From: Pseudomonadota bacterium
Lineage (GTDB): Bacteria > Pseudomonadota > Alphaproteobacteria > Caulobacterales > Parvularculaceae
Reading direction: 5' to 3'
Assembly: GCA_039819085.1 (NCBI GenBank)
Contig: JBCBSQ010000010.1
Coordinates: forward strand, 37,038-101,037
Length of the DNA: 64,000 nucleotides
The notes below the pieces were generated by a model. The model did no database searches and had not been told where the DNA came from. It was given only the letters and a program-made list of their open reading frames with translations. Shown one piece after another: positions 39,601-47,873 of this stretch. The position numbers and the translations under genes are program-made. The stretch's first letter is position 1. Each line of letters starts with the position of its first letter.

Positions 39601-40012
39601 GGTCGTCTTCCTCGACGCCTGCTATTCCGGGTTCGACGAAGAGGGCGACAGCCTCGATCTCTTCGATATTCAGGGCGTCTCAAACATTCTCGGCGGATCG
39701 GACGTGCGCGCGGAAGTGTTCGCCTCCTCCACCGGCGCGCAGCAGTCATTCGAGCACCCCTCCTGGAGCAACGGCGCGTTCACTGAAGCGCTCCTGGAGT
39801 TGTTCACCGGGGACGCGTCAGCGCCCTTGGACGACGAACTCGCGCTGAAACTCCAAAGCGTGCGGGTGAACCGTCGGGTTGAGAATTCGGAGCTTCACGA
39901 CTGGCTGAAAAACCGGGTGCGGCGGCTCGCGGCGGAGGAAGAGCTCGGCGCTCAGACGCCCACCTATCAGGCGCTCAATCCGGGCGACGTCATTTTCGCA
40001 GAGGTGGATTGA
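36674..40012 (+). CDS. membrane-anchored WD40 beta-propeller / caspase-like (peptidase C14) fusion protein
   Basis: 1112 aa. The N-terminal helix is ILGVAVAAAFLAALVFGAGV. WD40 blades include FAVTGSYDKTARVWAI, LAVGSYDGDVRLYD and FAVAAFGDGTVRWYD. The C-terminal caspase dyad contexts are VVFFAGHG and VVFLDACYSGF. Confidence 0.85.
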   Translation: MGRDLPEILGVAVAAAFLAALVFGAGVETPQFSARPDAPKNDGWGGKSLMFAPARPDPMGFERGIAPSRGQAWTDAAAAYFGDDVDGPLVRAAAEGEAAPTGDVDRKPRLRIDTDMHGAAILSLDVDAAGRFAVTGSYDKTARVWAIPQKEGEPFRLLNVLRPPIGDGNEGRIDAVAISPDGSLIAMGGWTGKTGHPKQVYLFDRVSGRMVGRLGGLPQVIDSLAFAPDGGTLVAGLADSFGVRAWRRDDAGGWRRSSVEGQMDFGGDVYALDFADRGDGDWRLAVGSYDGDVRLYDSNLELIARAPGIESGDRIYRVRFDPSGGRLAVTATNRPAIAVLSGEDLSPLYRPSVERVSSFDNLTKVAWSNDGRQLFAAGNASAFFNGSDDDELYVRVYEDGGREVVGDFPISQDTVQGLSAFEANRVLVASADPQLAILRPPGEVVARAGAAKIDVRGTAGKRENNERDLRLSPDGLVVSLPFYTERAPTWRFDLTLRSVEAFDGDDAALAPPALVDDITQVENWLPTAAASATVNSAGIELAPFEETYALAHAPMDETFLLGTNFNLRRVGPDGETIWVEPAHGVAWQVNVTPDGRFAVAAFGDGTVRWYDYETGEERLALYVVNEPEAENPRWVAWTPSGYYDAAPGAEDLIGWHVNQAKDKESLFYPASRFRELFYRPDIVEMALDDRAPCISWVPLSCDRQPAWAKNRFGVTPPQVYPRPSLAELQALFPPIVTVYGQETLPNGDVVVEYEVDNPFDAPVELDVFVDGEKRSASGARNVAGSGRQRTTIARGACASDGIILIARSNGRASPEARAPRGAAAIDGQSFADLCAADAAAKPFLNALLVGVSDYENDDLDLSFADNDARDFGAILSAQTSRAFAGGEVRVLTASGEEPGAAKATRANILAAFDDFVATSKSKQHVVNVVFFAGHGVREDLKGYYLLPSDAKLNDLYSSAISVDDLTKAVRNADGLKVVFLDACYSGFDEEGDSLDLFDIQGVSNILGGSDVRAEVFASSTGAQQSFEHPSWSNGAFTEALLELFTGDASAPLDDELALKLQSVRVNRRVENSELHDWLKNRVRRLAAEEELGAQTPTYQALNPGDVIFAEVD

Positions 40013-40240
40013 CGCGCGCCAGTTTCCGGCGGGCGAACTCGCCGTGATCGATTCCGGCTTGCGCGCCGCCTCTCGCCCGCCTATATGGCGGCGGCTCCCG
40101 AAAACGACGGGAACGGGCGGCGTGACTGCGCCGCCGCGGCCGATCTGACCCAACGCGCCTGCGCTGCCGGGTCAAATCCAAAATCGGCCGGCGCGCCTGA
40201 GCGATGAATTCCGGCGCTGACGCTGATCTATTTCGGCATG

Positions 40241-40268
40241 ATGACTGTCGCGAAATGACTATCGCGAA
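40241..40268. repeat. 2 x 14-bp tandem repeat in the rpsA upstream region
   Basis: atgactgtcgcgaa is followed immediately by atgactatcgcgaa. Each copy contains the palindrome tcgcga. The pair lies about 160-190 nt upstream of the rpsA start. Confidence 0.7.
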
Positions 40269-40429
40269 TTAACGTCCGCCGCGAAGGCCGCATCGCGCGG
40301 CGCGTCGCGTTTGCGCGCGTTCGTTAGCAGTCATCTTCGATAGCGGTGATCGTCGCCAGTCCATTAAACCCGAAACCTCTAGCAAGCCGTCCGCGACAGG
40401 ACGGATGAAACAACCAGGAACCGACCAAC

Positions 40430-42148
40430 TTGTCTGAAGCAACCAACCTCAACCCGAGCATCGACGATTTCGCCGAAATGCTCGAAGCCTCCCTCGTCGA
40501 CCGCCGCCAGTTTGAAGACACGGTGGTCAAAGGCGTCGTCACCGCCATCGAAAAGGACATGGCCGTCGTCGACGTCGGCCTGAAAACCGAAGGCCGCGTG
40601 CCGCTGAAGGAGTTCTCCCAGCCGGGTCAGGACGTCTCGCTGAAGGTCGGCGACACGGTCGAGGTCTATGTGGACCGCGTGGAGAACGCGCTCGGCGAAG
40701 CGGTCATCAGCCGCGACAAGGCCCGCCGCGAAGAGGCGTGGGAGCGCCTTGAGCAGCAGTATAATGACGAAGAGCGCGTCGAGGGCGTCATCTTCAACCG
40801 GGTGAAAGGCGGCTTTACGGTCGATCTTGGCGGCGCCGTGGCGTTCCTGCCGGGCTCTCAGGTGGACATCCGGCCGGTGCGTGACGCCGGACCGCTGATG
40901 AACATGCCGCAGCCATTCAAGATCCTGAAAATGGACCGCCGCCGCGGGAACATCGTCGTGTCGCGCCGATCGATCCTTGAAGAGGACCGCGCGGAACATC
41001 GCCAGGAGGTCGTCCGCGAACTGAACGAGGGGGATGAGCGCGAAGGCGTCGTCAAGAACATCACCGATTACGGCGCGTTCGTCGAGCTGGCGCCGGGCGT
41101 CGACGGGCTGTTGCACGTCACCGACATGTCGTGGAGCCGCGTCAACCACCCGTCAGAGGTTCTCGGCGTCAACGACACCGTCCGTATCAAGATCATCAAG
41201 ATCAATCCGGAGACCCACCGCATCTCGCTCGGGATGAAGCAGCTGACCCCGGATCCATGGGAAGGCGTTGCTGCGAAGTATCCGATCGACGCCAAGTTCA
41301 AGGGCAAGGTCACGAACATCACCGATTACGGCGCGTTCGTCGAGCTGGAGGACGGCATTGAAGGCCTCGTCCACGTCTCGGAGATGAGCTGGGTGAAGAA
41401 GAACGTGCACCCGGGCAAGATCGTCTCCACCTCTCAGGAAGTCGAAGTGATGATCCTTGAGGTGGACGAGAACAAGCGGCGGATTTCGCTTGGCCTCAAG
41501 CAGTGCCTCAACAATCCGTGGGAGCTGTTCGCCGAAGAGCATCCGATCGGCTCCGTCATCGAAGGCGAAGTCAAGAACATCACCGAGTTCGGCCTCTTTG
41601 TCGGCCTCACCGAGGACATGGACGGCATGGTCCATCTCTCGGACCTCGACTGGGACCGCTCCGGCGAAGACGCGATCAAGGACTACAACAAGGGCGACAT
41701 GGTGAAGGCCAAGGTGCTCGACGTTGATCCGGACAAGGAACGCATCTCGCTTGGCGTCAAGCAGGTCGGCTCTGATCCGATCGACACGGTCGAGGGCGGC
41801 GTGCGCAAGGGCGCTGACGTCACTTGCACCGTCACGGCGATTGAGTCCGGCGGCATTGAGGTGCAGGTCGGCGGCGAGGGCGGTCCGAAAGCGTTCATCC
41901 GCAAGTCGGATCTTTCCAAGGACCGCAACGAGCAGCGCCCGGATCGGTTCGCTGTCGGCGACAAGGTCGATGCGCGGGTCACCGCTTTCGACAAGACCTC
42001 GCGGCGGATCTCGCTGTCCATTAAGGCGCGCGAAGTGGCCGAGGAGAAAGAAGCCGTCGAACAGTACGGCTCAGCCGACGCCGGCGCTTCGCTTGGCGAC
42101 ATCCTCGGCGCGGCGCTGAAGGATTCCGAAGACGACGGCAAAGAATAG
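40430..42148 (+). CDS. rpsA: 30S ribosomal protein S1
   Basis: 572 aa with six S1 (OB-fold) repeats (e.g. GVVKNITDYGAFVEL, GKVTNITDYGAFVEL, GEVKNITEFGLFVGL). The start codon is TTG, and no in-frame ATG lies upstream. Confidence 0.97.
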   Translation: MSEATNLNPSIDDFAEMLEASLVDRRQFEDTVVKGVVTAIEKDMAVVDVGLKTEGRVPLKEFSQPGQDVSLKVGDTVEVYVDRVENALGEAVISRDKARREEAWERLEQQYNDEERVEGVIFNRVKGGFTVDLGGAVAFLPGSQVDIRPVRDAGPLMNMPQPFKILKMDRRRGNIVVSRRSILEEDRAEHRQEVVRELNEGDEREGVVKNITDYGAFVELAPGVDGLLHVTDMSWSRVNHPSEVLGVNDTVRIKIIKINPETHRISLGMKQLTPDPWEGVAAKYPIDAKFKGKVTNITDYGAFVELEDGIEGLVHVSEMSWVKKNVHPGKIVSTSQEVEVMILEVDENKRRISLGLKQCLNNPWELFAEEHPIGSVIEGEVKNITEFGLFVGLTEDMDGMVHLSDLDWDRSGEDAIKDYNKGDMVKAKVLDVDPDKERISLGVKQVGSDPIDTVEGGVRKGADVTCTVTAIESGGIEVQVGGEGGPKAFIRKSDLSKDRNEQRPDRFAVGDKVDARVTAFDKTSRRISLSIKAREVAEEKEAVEQYGSADAGASLGDILGAALKDSEDDGKE

Positions 42149-42174
42149 GCGACATTCCGCTTGATCGAACGAAC

Positions 42175-42204
42175 GCGCGCCGGCTTGCCGGCGCGCTTTT
42201 TTTT
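42175..42204 (+). terminator. Rho-independent terminator of rpsA
   Basis: gcgcgccgg-cttg-ccggcgcgc followed by T8. Confidence 0.8.
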
Positions 42205-42251
42205 GCGCGGGCGCGATGATGATGGACGTCCGCGGCGGCGATCGACCGCGC

Positions 42252-42281
42252 AAAAAAAAAGCGCCGCCCGGCGGCGACGCT
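42252..42281 (-). terminator. Rho-independent terminator of the 117-aa membrane-protein gene
   Basis: On the minus strand a GC hairpin (gcgtcgccgcc-ggg-cggcgc) is followed by T9 (an A-run at 42252-42260 on the plus strand). Confidence 0.7.
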
Positions 42282-42332
42282 TTCCTCACTCGTCTTTTGG
42301 CCGCGACCCGCGCTGCGGCGGACCGCCACTCG

Positions 42333-42686
42333 TCAGATGAGGTAGCGGTAGATTGAATAGGCCGTCAGCCAGAAGAAGGCGTAGGCGGCGAGCGTCAGGC
42401 CGGCCCCATGGGTCGCTTCGCCGATGGTGTCGCGCGACGCGAGATTGTGGGCGACGAGACGCGAGCCGATGAAGGCGCCCAGCAAGGGGTAGAACCCGAT
42501 GGCGAAGAACAAAATGTCCAGCGACATCGTCACCGCCGTGCGGTTCGCGTCGAAGAGGCCGAAGACCGGCAGCATCGAGGCGAGAAACCAGGTCGCAAGG
42601 ATTGGCGTCGCGACCGTCCACTGCACCAGAAGGTTTATTTCGTCTTTCAGGCCGACGGTCCGTCCCTGTACCGCGTATTCTGTCAT
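42333..42686 (-). CDS. small integral membrane protein (3 predicted helices)
   Basis: 117-aa ATG ORF with three hydrophobic segments and its own terminator. No family recognised. Confidence 0.6.
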   Translation of the reverse strand: MTEYAVQGRTVGLKDEINLLVQWTVATPILATWFLASMLPVFGLFDANRTAVTMSLDILFFAIGFYPLLGAFIGSRLVAHNLASRDTIGEATHGAGLTLAAYAFFWLTAYSIYRYLI

Positions 42687-43084
42687 GGCGTTCGATTTTC
42701 CTCTTTTGCCCGCTCGCCTTCGGATCTTCCCGCGGGTAACCCTTTCGTCCCGCGGGGTAAGCCTTGCGCGAGTTTCAGTCCGTTGGTCCCGTCGCGAACC
42801 GCGATGGCGTCGACATTAGATCTCGCGAGACTAACTTCCGCGAGCACGCGCCGCCACACCCGAGAACGCTTACTCTCAACTGCGCGATGCGAAGATCGCG
42901 GTTTCCAAAACCGGCCGAGCCGCACCTGGCGACTCAGCTCTTGAGTGTCCGCCTGCCGTCCGATCAGCCGGAGCCTGGACGACAGGCTCGAGCGCCCGTT
43001 GGGGTAAGGTGTCGGGGTCGACAGGGCGCCGTTCGAATGTCCGTCCGCGACGGGCGTTGCACCATGTGGGCCCGTAGCGACGCG

Positions 43085-43133
43085 TTACGTCAAGAATGAT
43101 TGACGTAAAGCTGGATTGTCAAGCTGTTTTGAC
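43085..43133. promoter_or_regulatory. two GTCAA-N6-TTGAC palindromes (candidate operator pair)
   Basis: ttacgtcaa-gaatga-ttgacgtaa (43085-43108) has perfect 9-bp arms. gtcaa-gctgtt-ttgac lies at 43118-43133. The centres are 29 bp apart. Confidence 0.3.
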
Positions 43134-43161
43134 GTCGTTGTGACGCTGGCTCCAGATCGGG

Positions 43162-45636
43162 TCAAAGGGGATCGCCCAGGCATCCCATCCTGACATCGAC
43201 GCGCCTGTTTAATGGTTCGCGAACGCCGTCAGGCGTCGGTTTTGCGGGTTGCGTCTCCCCCACAGCCTCCATGCTGATTTCCGTCAGGTCGACGCCAAGG
43301 AACTGCATATAGGCGCGGATGGCGTTCGCCCGCTTAGCTGACAAGGACAGATTGTACGCCGCCTCGCCGCTTGAATCCGCGTGGCCGATCAACTCAATGC
43401 TGGAACGTCCTGCGCGACAGCTCCAAGGAGCATCCTGATATCGCGCATTCGCTTCCCGAATTAAGTTCAACGCCTCTGGTCCTAGCACGAACTGATTGAA
43501 ATCGAAGTAGACAGAAAAGACAAACGGGTCCGGCTGAAATGGATCGGCGCTCCGACGTTGCTCTACGGCGTCCTGCGCCCCACCATTTACGACCCGCGCA
43601 TAGACCGCGCCGCCGCGCTCAAAGCCATAGGCGATCGGCATAAAGATGATCGCAACAACCAGAAAAATCACTGCGCCGATATAATCGAGGGGCCTTTGGT
43701 TGATGTCGAATGCGCGCTGAATAAGGCGGCTCACCGGCCCGAGGCGCAAGAAGCCCCGCGCAAAGGTTGAGTAGACGACGAACCCCCAGACCCAGAATGT
43801 CGTGGAGAACGTTGTGAATAAGAAACCAAAGCGGAGCCGGTCGGTGATGGTCCACTCGTTAGTCGACTTCACGAAAACGCCGGTGAAGAGATCGACCGTT
43901 TCGCGCAAGGCGGTCTGAAAAAAGCCGAGATAGGTCGACGCGTCGTTGCGGTGATAGGAAGAGGCGTCGGGGTCCGCCCCCTGCAGCGCTTGAATCGTAT
44001 CGGTGCTGAGGAAGAAGAGCTGGTAGTTGGAGGGGTACTTATAAACAAGCACCAAGAAGGCGAAGAAGAACAGGAACGAGACCGTCGTTGTCGCCAGAAC
44101 GTCGAACAAGAGGACGCCGATACTGTTTAGCCCGAGCCGGCGACCGTAACGCAGGATGTAGCGCGACTCCGTCACCGAGAACCAGTCGAAGACGGCGTTG
44201 GTCAACAGGATGGTGCCGAGAACGCCAAGGATAATCGCTCCTTCGCGCAGCCCGTAATACTCGAAGTAGAAGCGGATCACTTCGAAGATCGGCGCGATGA
44301 GGTCAGGGAACAGCAGCACAACCGCGCCGAACCAGCCGAGGCTGATAAGGATGCTGCGGATGAGGCTCGGCAAGGTGACGAGGCCAAAGCGCTTCTTGAA
44401 GCCGTAGACACGCTCAAACTGATTGAAAAATGGCTCAATGAGCGCGTTGGCGTCGTTGCGTTCCGCCGTCGATAAGAGCCAATCCGCGATGTCTCTACGG
44501 CCTTCAGGCGTCATCCGCGCCTGCAGCGCGCGCAGCAGCATGAAGCTGAACGCGCCAAGAACGAGGACCCGCGCCCACCAGGGGGTCTGATTGGCCATGA
44601 ACGCGCCAGCCGCCGACAACGCCGGACCGAAGCCTTTTACAAAGGCGTCCGCGTTGAAGCTCTCCGACGTCGCGCCGCCGCCGCTCCCCGTGCCCTCAAG
44701 GACGGCGTCCGGTGGCGGTTCAAGGCCAGTCGTCGCCTGCAAAACATCGCTTGCGGCGAGGATAGAGGTGATCCTCTTGGCGGAATTGTATTGGCCGGGG
44801 CCAAGCGTATTCGGGCCGCCGTAGTGGAGCCCCAAGACGCCGCGGCCGAGTTCGGCGAATACCGGCGCGCCCGAGCTGCCCGGCAAGGTGTCGCACGAAT
44901 GCGCGATCCGGTCGCTCGTGAACGTGAAACTGCGCGGCACGCGGCAATTCGATCGCGTGACGTGCTTCGGCCGGCCGAGCGGGTGGTGGAAGACCATGAG
45001 CGATGCGCCTGGCGTGGGGTCTTCGGCGAGAATTCGCACGGCGCCAAAGCGATCCGAAGGCCGCCCCTCAACGCGCAGAATGGCGTAGTCGAGGTCCTTG
45101 TTCGTCTCCACCGGCGACGGGTCGACGACGTAACGCACGACCGTCGTTTCGTCCGCGCCGTCATAGAAACCCATCACCAGGTTGAGGCCGGTGATCGGCC
45201 CATACTTTGGGTCGCCAGGGATGCAATGGTGGTTCGTTAAGATGAGGTCGGGCGCGATAATGGAGGCGGTGCAGGTCCGCATGCCGTTAAAGCCATGCAG
45301 AATGTCGAGCCGGCCGACAGGGGCGCTGAGGCGCCGTAAATCGGAACCAGGTCCATAGTCGGCCAGCGGCTCAAACCGCGCCCTATCTCCAAGCACCGCT
45401 TCGAGCCGCTCAAGGTCTTCGGTGCTTTGATTGAATTCGAGATTGTTCTTGCCGAACTGCTCAGCCGAAAACAGGAACTCCTGCAGCGCCGCATCAGCCC
45501 CATCAGAGGCCAGCGCTCGGGCGCACAGCGCAATCCAGAGCATTGCCGCAAACACTTGGCGGAGCGCAAAACCACGTGGCGCGATTGCGCGAACCCCGCG
45601 ACTGCGCAACGCGCGCTTTTCAATGCTTGGTGGCAT
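43162..45636 (-). CDS. trypsin-fold serine protease + polytopic membrane module + OmpA_C-like domain fusion
   Basis: Track ORF starts at TTG 45654. I prefer ATG 45636, which is preceded by GGTGAGGTGG. The signal-like N-terminus is FAAMLWIALCARALA. The triad contexts are LILTNHHC, LDYAILRV and LPGSSGAPVF. About eight hydrophobic helices follow. The OmpA_C motifs are NLSLSAKRANAIRAYM and NRRVDVRM. Confidence 0.8.
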   Translation of the reverse strand: MPPSIEKRALRSRGVRAIAPRGFALRQVFAAMLWIALCARALASDGADAALQEFLFSAEQFGKNNLEFNQSTEDLERLEAVLGDRARFEPLADYGPGSDLRRLSAPVGRLDILHGFNGMRTCTASIIAPDLILTNHHCIPGDPKYGPITGLNLVMGFYDGADETTVVRYVVDPSPVETNKDLDYAILRVEGRPSDRFGAVRILAEDPTPGASLMVFHHPLGRPKHVTRSNCRVPRSFTFTSDRIAHSCDTLPGSSGAPVFAELGRGVLGLHYGGPNTLGPGQYNSAKRITSILAASDVLQATTGLEPPPDAVLEGTGSGGGATSESFNADAFVKGFGPALSAAGAFMANQTPWWARVLVLGAFSFMLLRALQARMTPEGRRDIADWLLSTAERNDANALIEPFFNQFERVYGFKKRFGLVTLPSLIRSILISLGWFGAVVLLFPDLIAPIFEVIRFYFEYYGLREGAIILGVLGTILLTNAVFDWFSVTESRYILRYGRRLGLNSIGVLLFDVLATTTVSFLFFFAFLVLVYKYPSNYQLFFLSTDTIQALQGADPDASSYHRNDASTYLGFFQTALRETVDLFTGVFVKSTNEWTITDRLRFGFLFTTFSTTFWVWGFVVYSTFARGFLRLGPVSRLIQRAFDINQRPLDYIGAVIFLVVAIIFMPIAYGFERGGAVYARVVNGGAQDAVEQRRSADPFQPDPFVFSVYFDFNQFVLGPEALNLIREANARYQDAPWSCRAGRSSIELIGHADSSGEAAYNLSLSAKRANAIRAYMQFLGVDLTEISMEAVGETQPAKPTPDGVREPLNRRVDVRMGCLGDPL

Positions 45637-45772
45637 CCCCACCTCACCCCCCAATCAAGCCTTTTGACGTTAAGGCCAAGGCCTAGACAATGCAAAGTCG
45701 GGCGAGGTTTGGCGCGGGCCTTGGGCATCGGCTCGGCTTAGAGCCGTCGCTGAACCTTAAAAGGAGTCGAAT

Positions 45773-46663
45773 TTGCCTGAATTGCCTGAAGTGGAGACGG
45801 TCCGGCGCGGGCTGGCGCCAGCGTTCGAAGGCGCGCGCGTCACCGCCGTTCGGCTAAGGCGCGCGGATCTTCGGTTTCCCTTCCCTGACCGTTTTCAGGA
45901 GCGCCTTGAAGGCGCGCGCGTCGACGCGCTCGGACGTCGTGGAAAGTACCTGGTCGCCGCCTTGTCCTCTGGGGAGAGCCTGATCATGCACCTTGGCATG
46001 TCGGGCCGGTTCACCGTCGCCGGGCGCGGCGTCGAAGCCGAAAAAGGCGCGGGCGAACAGATGGCTCGTGCGGCGTTCCACTATGCGGCGGGCGGTGATC
46101 CGCGACACGACCACGTCGCATTCGACCTTGACGGTCCGAATGGCGGATGCGTGGTCACCTACAATGACCCAAGGCGTTTCGGCTTCATGGACCTTGTCCC
46201 AGGCGGGGATCTTGAGGTCTGTCGCCACTTTGCCGGCATGGGGCCGGAGCCCTTGTCGGCGGCGTTCTCGGACGCCTATTTCGCCGACCGATTGAGAGGC
46301 GGCGGGTCGCCGATCAAGACGGCGCTTCTCGACCAGCGCGTCGTCGCCGGCGTCGGTAATATCTACGCGTGCGAGGCGCTCTATCGCGCCGGCGTCTCCC
46401 CGCGCCGGCGCGCGGGGACGGTCCCAGGCGCGCGCTCGCGTCGTCTTCGCATGGCGATTGTCGACGTCCTTGAAGAGGCGATCGTCGCCGGCGGCTCAAG
46501 CCTGCGGGACTTTGCGGCGACGGACGGCGGCCTTGGTTACTTCCAGCACGCTTTCGCAGTCTACGACCGGGCCGGAGAGCCATGCCGCCGCTGCGGCGGC
46601 GTGATCACTCGGATAACGCAATCAGGGCGCTCCACCTTCTTTTGCGGCGGTTGCCAACGCTAA
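45773..46663 (+). CDS. mutM: formamidopyrimidine-DNA glycosylase
   Basis: A TTG start follows AAGGAG. The N-terminus (M)[13 protein letters not shown] carries the catalytic Pro2. The C-terminal zinc finger is [25 protein letters not shown]. Confidence 0.95.
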   Translation: MPELPEVETVRRGLAPAFEGARVTAVRLRRADLRFPFPDRFQERLEGARVDALGRRGKYLVAALSSGESLIMHLGMSGRFTVAGRGVEAEKGAGEQMARAAFHYAAGGDPRHDHVAFDLDGPNGGCVVTYNDPRRFGFMDLVPGGDLEVCRHFAGMGPEPLSAAFSDAYFADRLRGGGSPIKTALLDQRVVAGVGNIYACEALYRAGVSPRRRAGTVPGARSRRLRMAIVDVLEEAIVAGGSSLRDFAATDGGLGYFQHAFAVYDRAGEPCRRCGGVITRITQSGRSTFFCGGCQR

Positions 46664-46823
46664 TGCGCCGAGGCCTGATTCCGTCGTTGACGGCCCCTTG
46701 TTCGGCCGATATACGCCGGGGCTTCCGATTGCGCGGGCGGGCCGTCCTGTTCCGCGCCATGACATCACCGTCGCAAGACAACACTGTCGCAAGACAACAC
46801 CGTTGAAGGTCTGCTCAAGGTCC

Positions 46824-47090
46824 ATGGCCAACACCACGTCCGCTAAGAAGATGGTGCGCAAAATCGCCAAGCGCACGGAAGTGAACAAAGCGCGTCGCTC
46901 GCGCGTGCGCACCTATCTGCGCCGGCTAGAGGATGCGATTAACGCCGGCGACAAGGCGGCCGCCGACGCGGCGTTTCGCGCTGCGCAACCGGAGCTTCAC
47001 CGCGCCGTCACCAAGGGCGTGGTTCACAAGCGCACCGCAGCGCGAAAGCTCTCCCGGCTGTCGGCTCGCGTAAAGGCGATCTCCGCTTAG
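46824..47090 (+). CDS. rpsT: 30S ribosomal protein S20
   Basis: Track ORF is 46698..47090. ATG 46824 gives [30 protein letters not shown], the typical S20 N-terminus. Length is 88 aa. Confidence 0.95.
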   Translation: MANTTSAKKMVRKIAKRTEVNKARRSRVRTYLRRLEDAINAGDKAAADAAFRAAQPELHRAVTKGVVHKRTAARKLSRLSARVKAISA

Positions 47091-47873
47091 CGCATGCGCG
47101 TCGCGGCGGTCGCCGCCCGCTCTTTTCGCCTTCCGACGTCGCATGGCGACGGCCACTGCGATAAGGCGATGCATCGCCGCTGACGGCTTCAGCCGTATGC
47201 GGAATGATCTGCGAGTATCACCAAAAATCTGCCTAAATTGCAGGCGGCGTGTTGCGCGGCGCCGTTGTTTCGCGCACTAAATGCCCGCGCACCGCGTGCG
47301 CGCTGCTGCGTCTGCGCTTGTGGGAATCTTATTGTCGAGGGCGTCGTTTCGGTAACCGCTTGAATTTCTCGCGAAAAGGGATTTGCAAGAGAAAAATGTC
47401 AGGTCGAATCGCCATAAAGTCGAGTATTTCAGCTTGCGCGCCCGAATTTGATTAGTCATATTCTCTTCATAACTCATGCGGGGCGTACGGATTATTCTTG
47501 GGGGTCCCGCGGTTCAGGTAACAGTTCTTTTTGAAGCTCGTGGGCTCGCCGTGCGGCGGCGATTGCGGGTTTCGCGTAAATCCGGGCGCGTTAAGGGGCT
47601 ATCAACATGATCTACGCTGTCGCCATTCGGTTCATAGGGTGCGGACTGAATATTAATTTTCCGGCGGCGCGAAATACGGATTTCAATCCCCTCCGGTTTT
47701 TGTAGCTACGTACTGTTTTGGTTGGGCGGCCGGTTACTCAAAGGTCGCTTCTGACGCACGCCTTCTCGGGCGTTTGATTCTCGAATTTCGTTGTTGTCGT
47801 CGCCGGCGCCTGCCTTGGCGCTGAACTCTTCTTGCGTGCGCGCGTTCCTGCGCGCAGTTCCAAATTCTTGGGG

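Noticed and set aside
40379-41149. 256-aa ORF on the minus strand
   Set aside because: It is antisense to rpsA.
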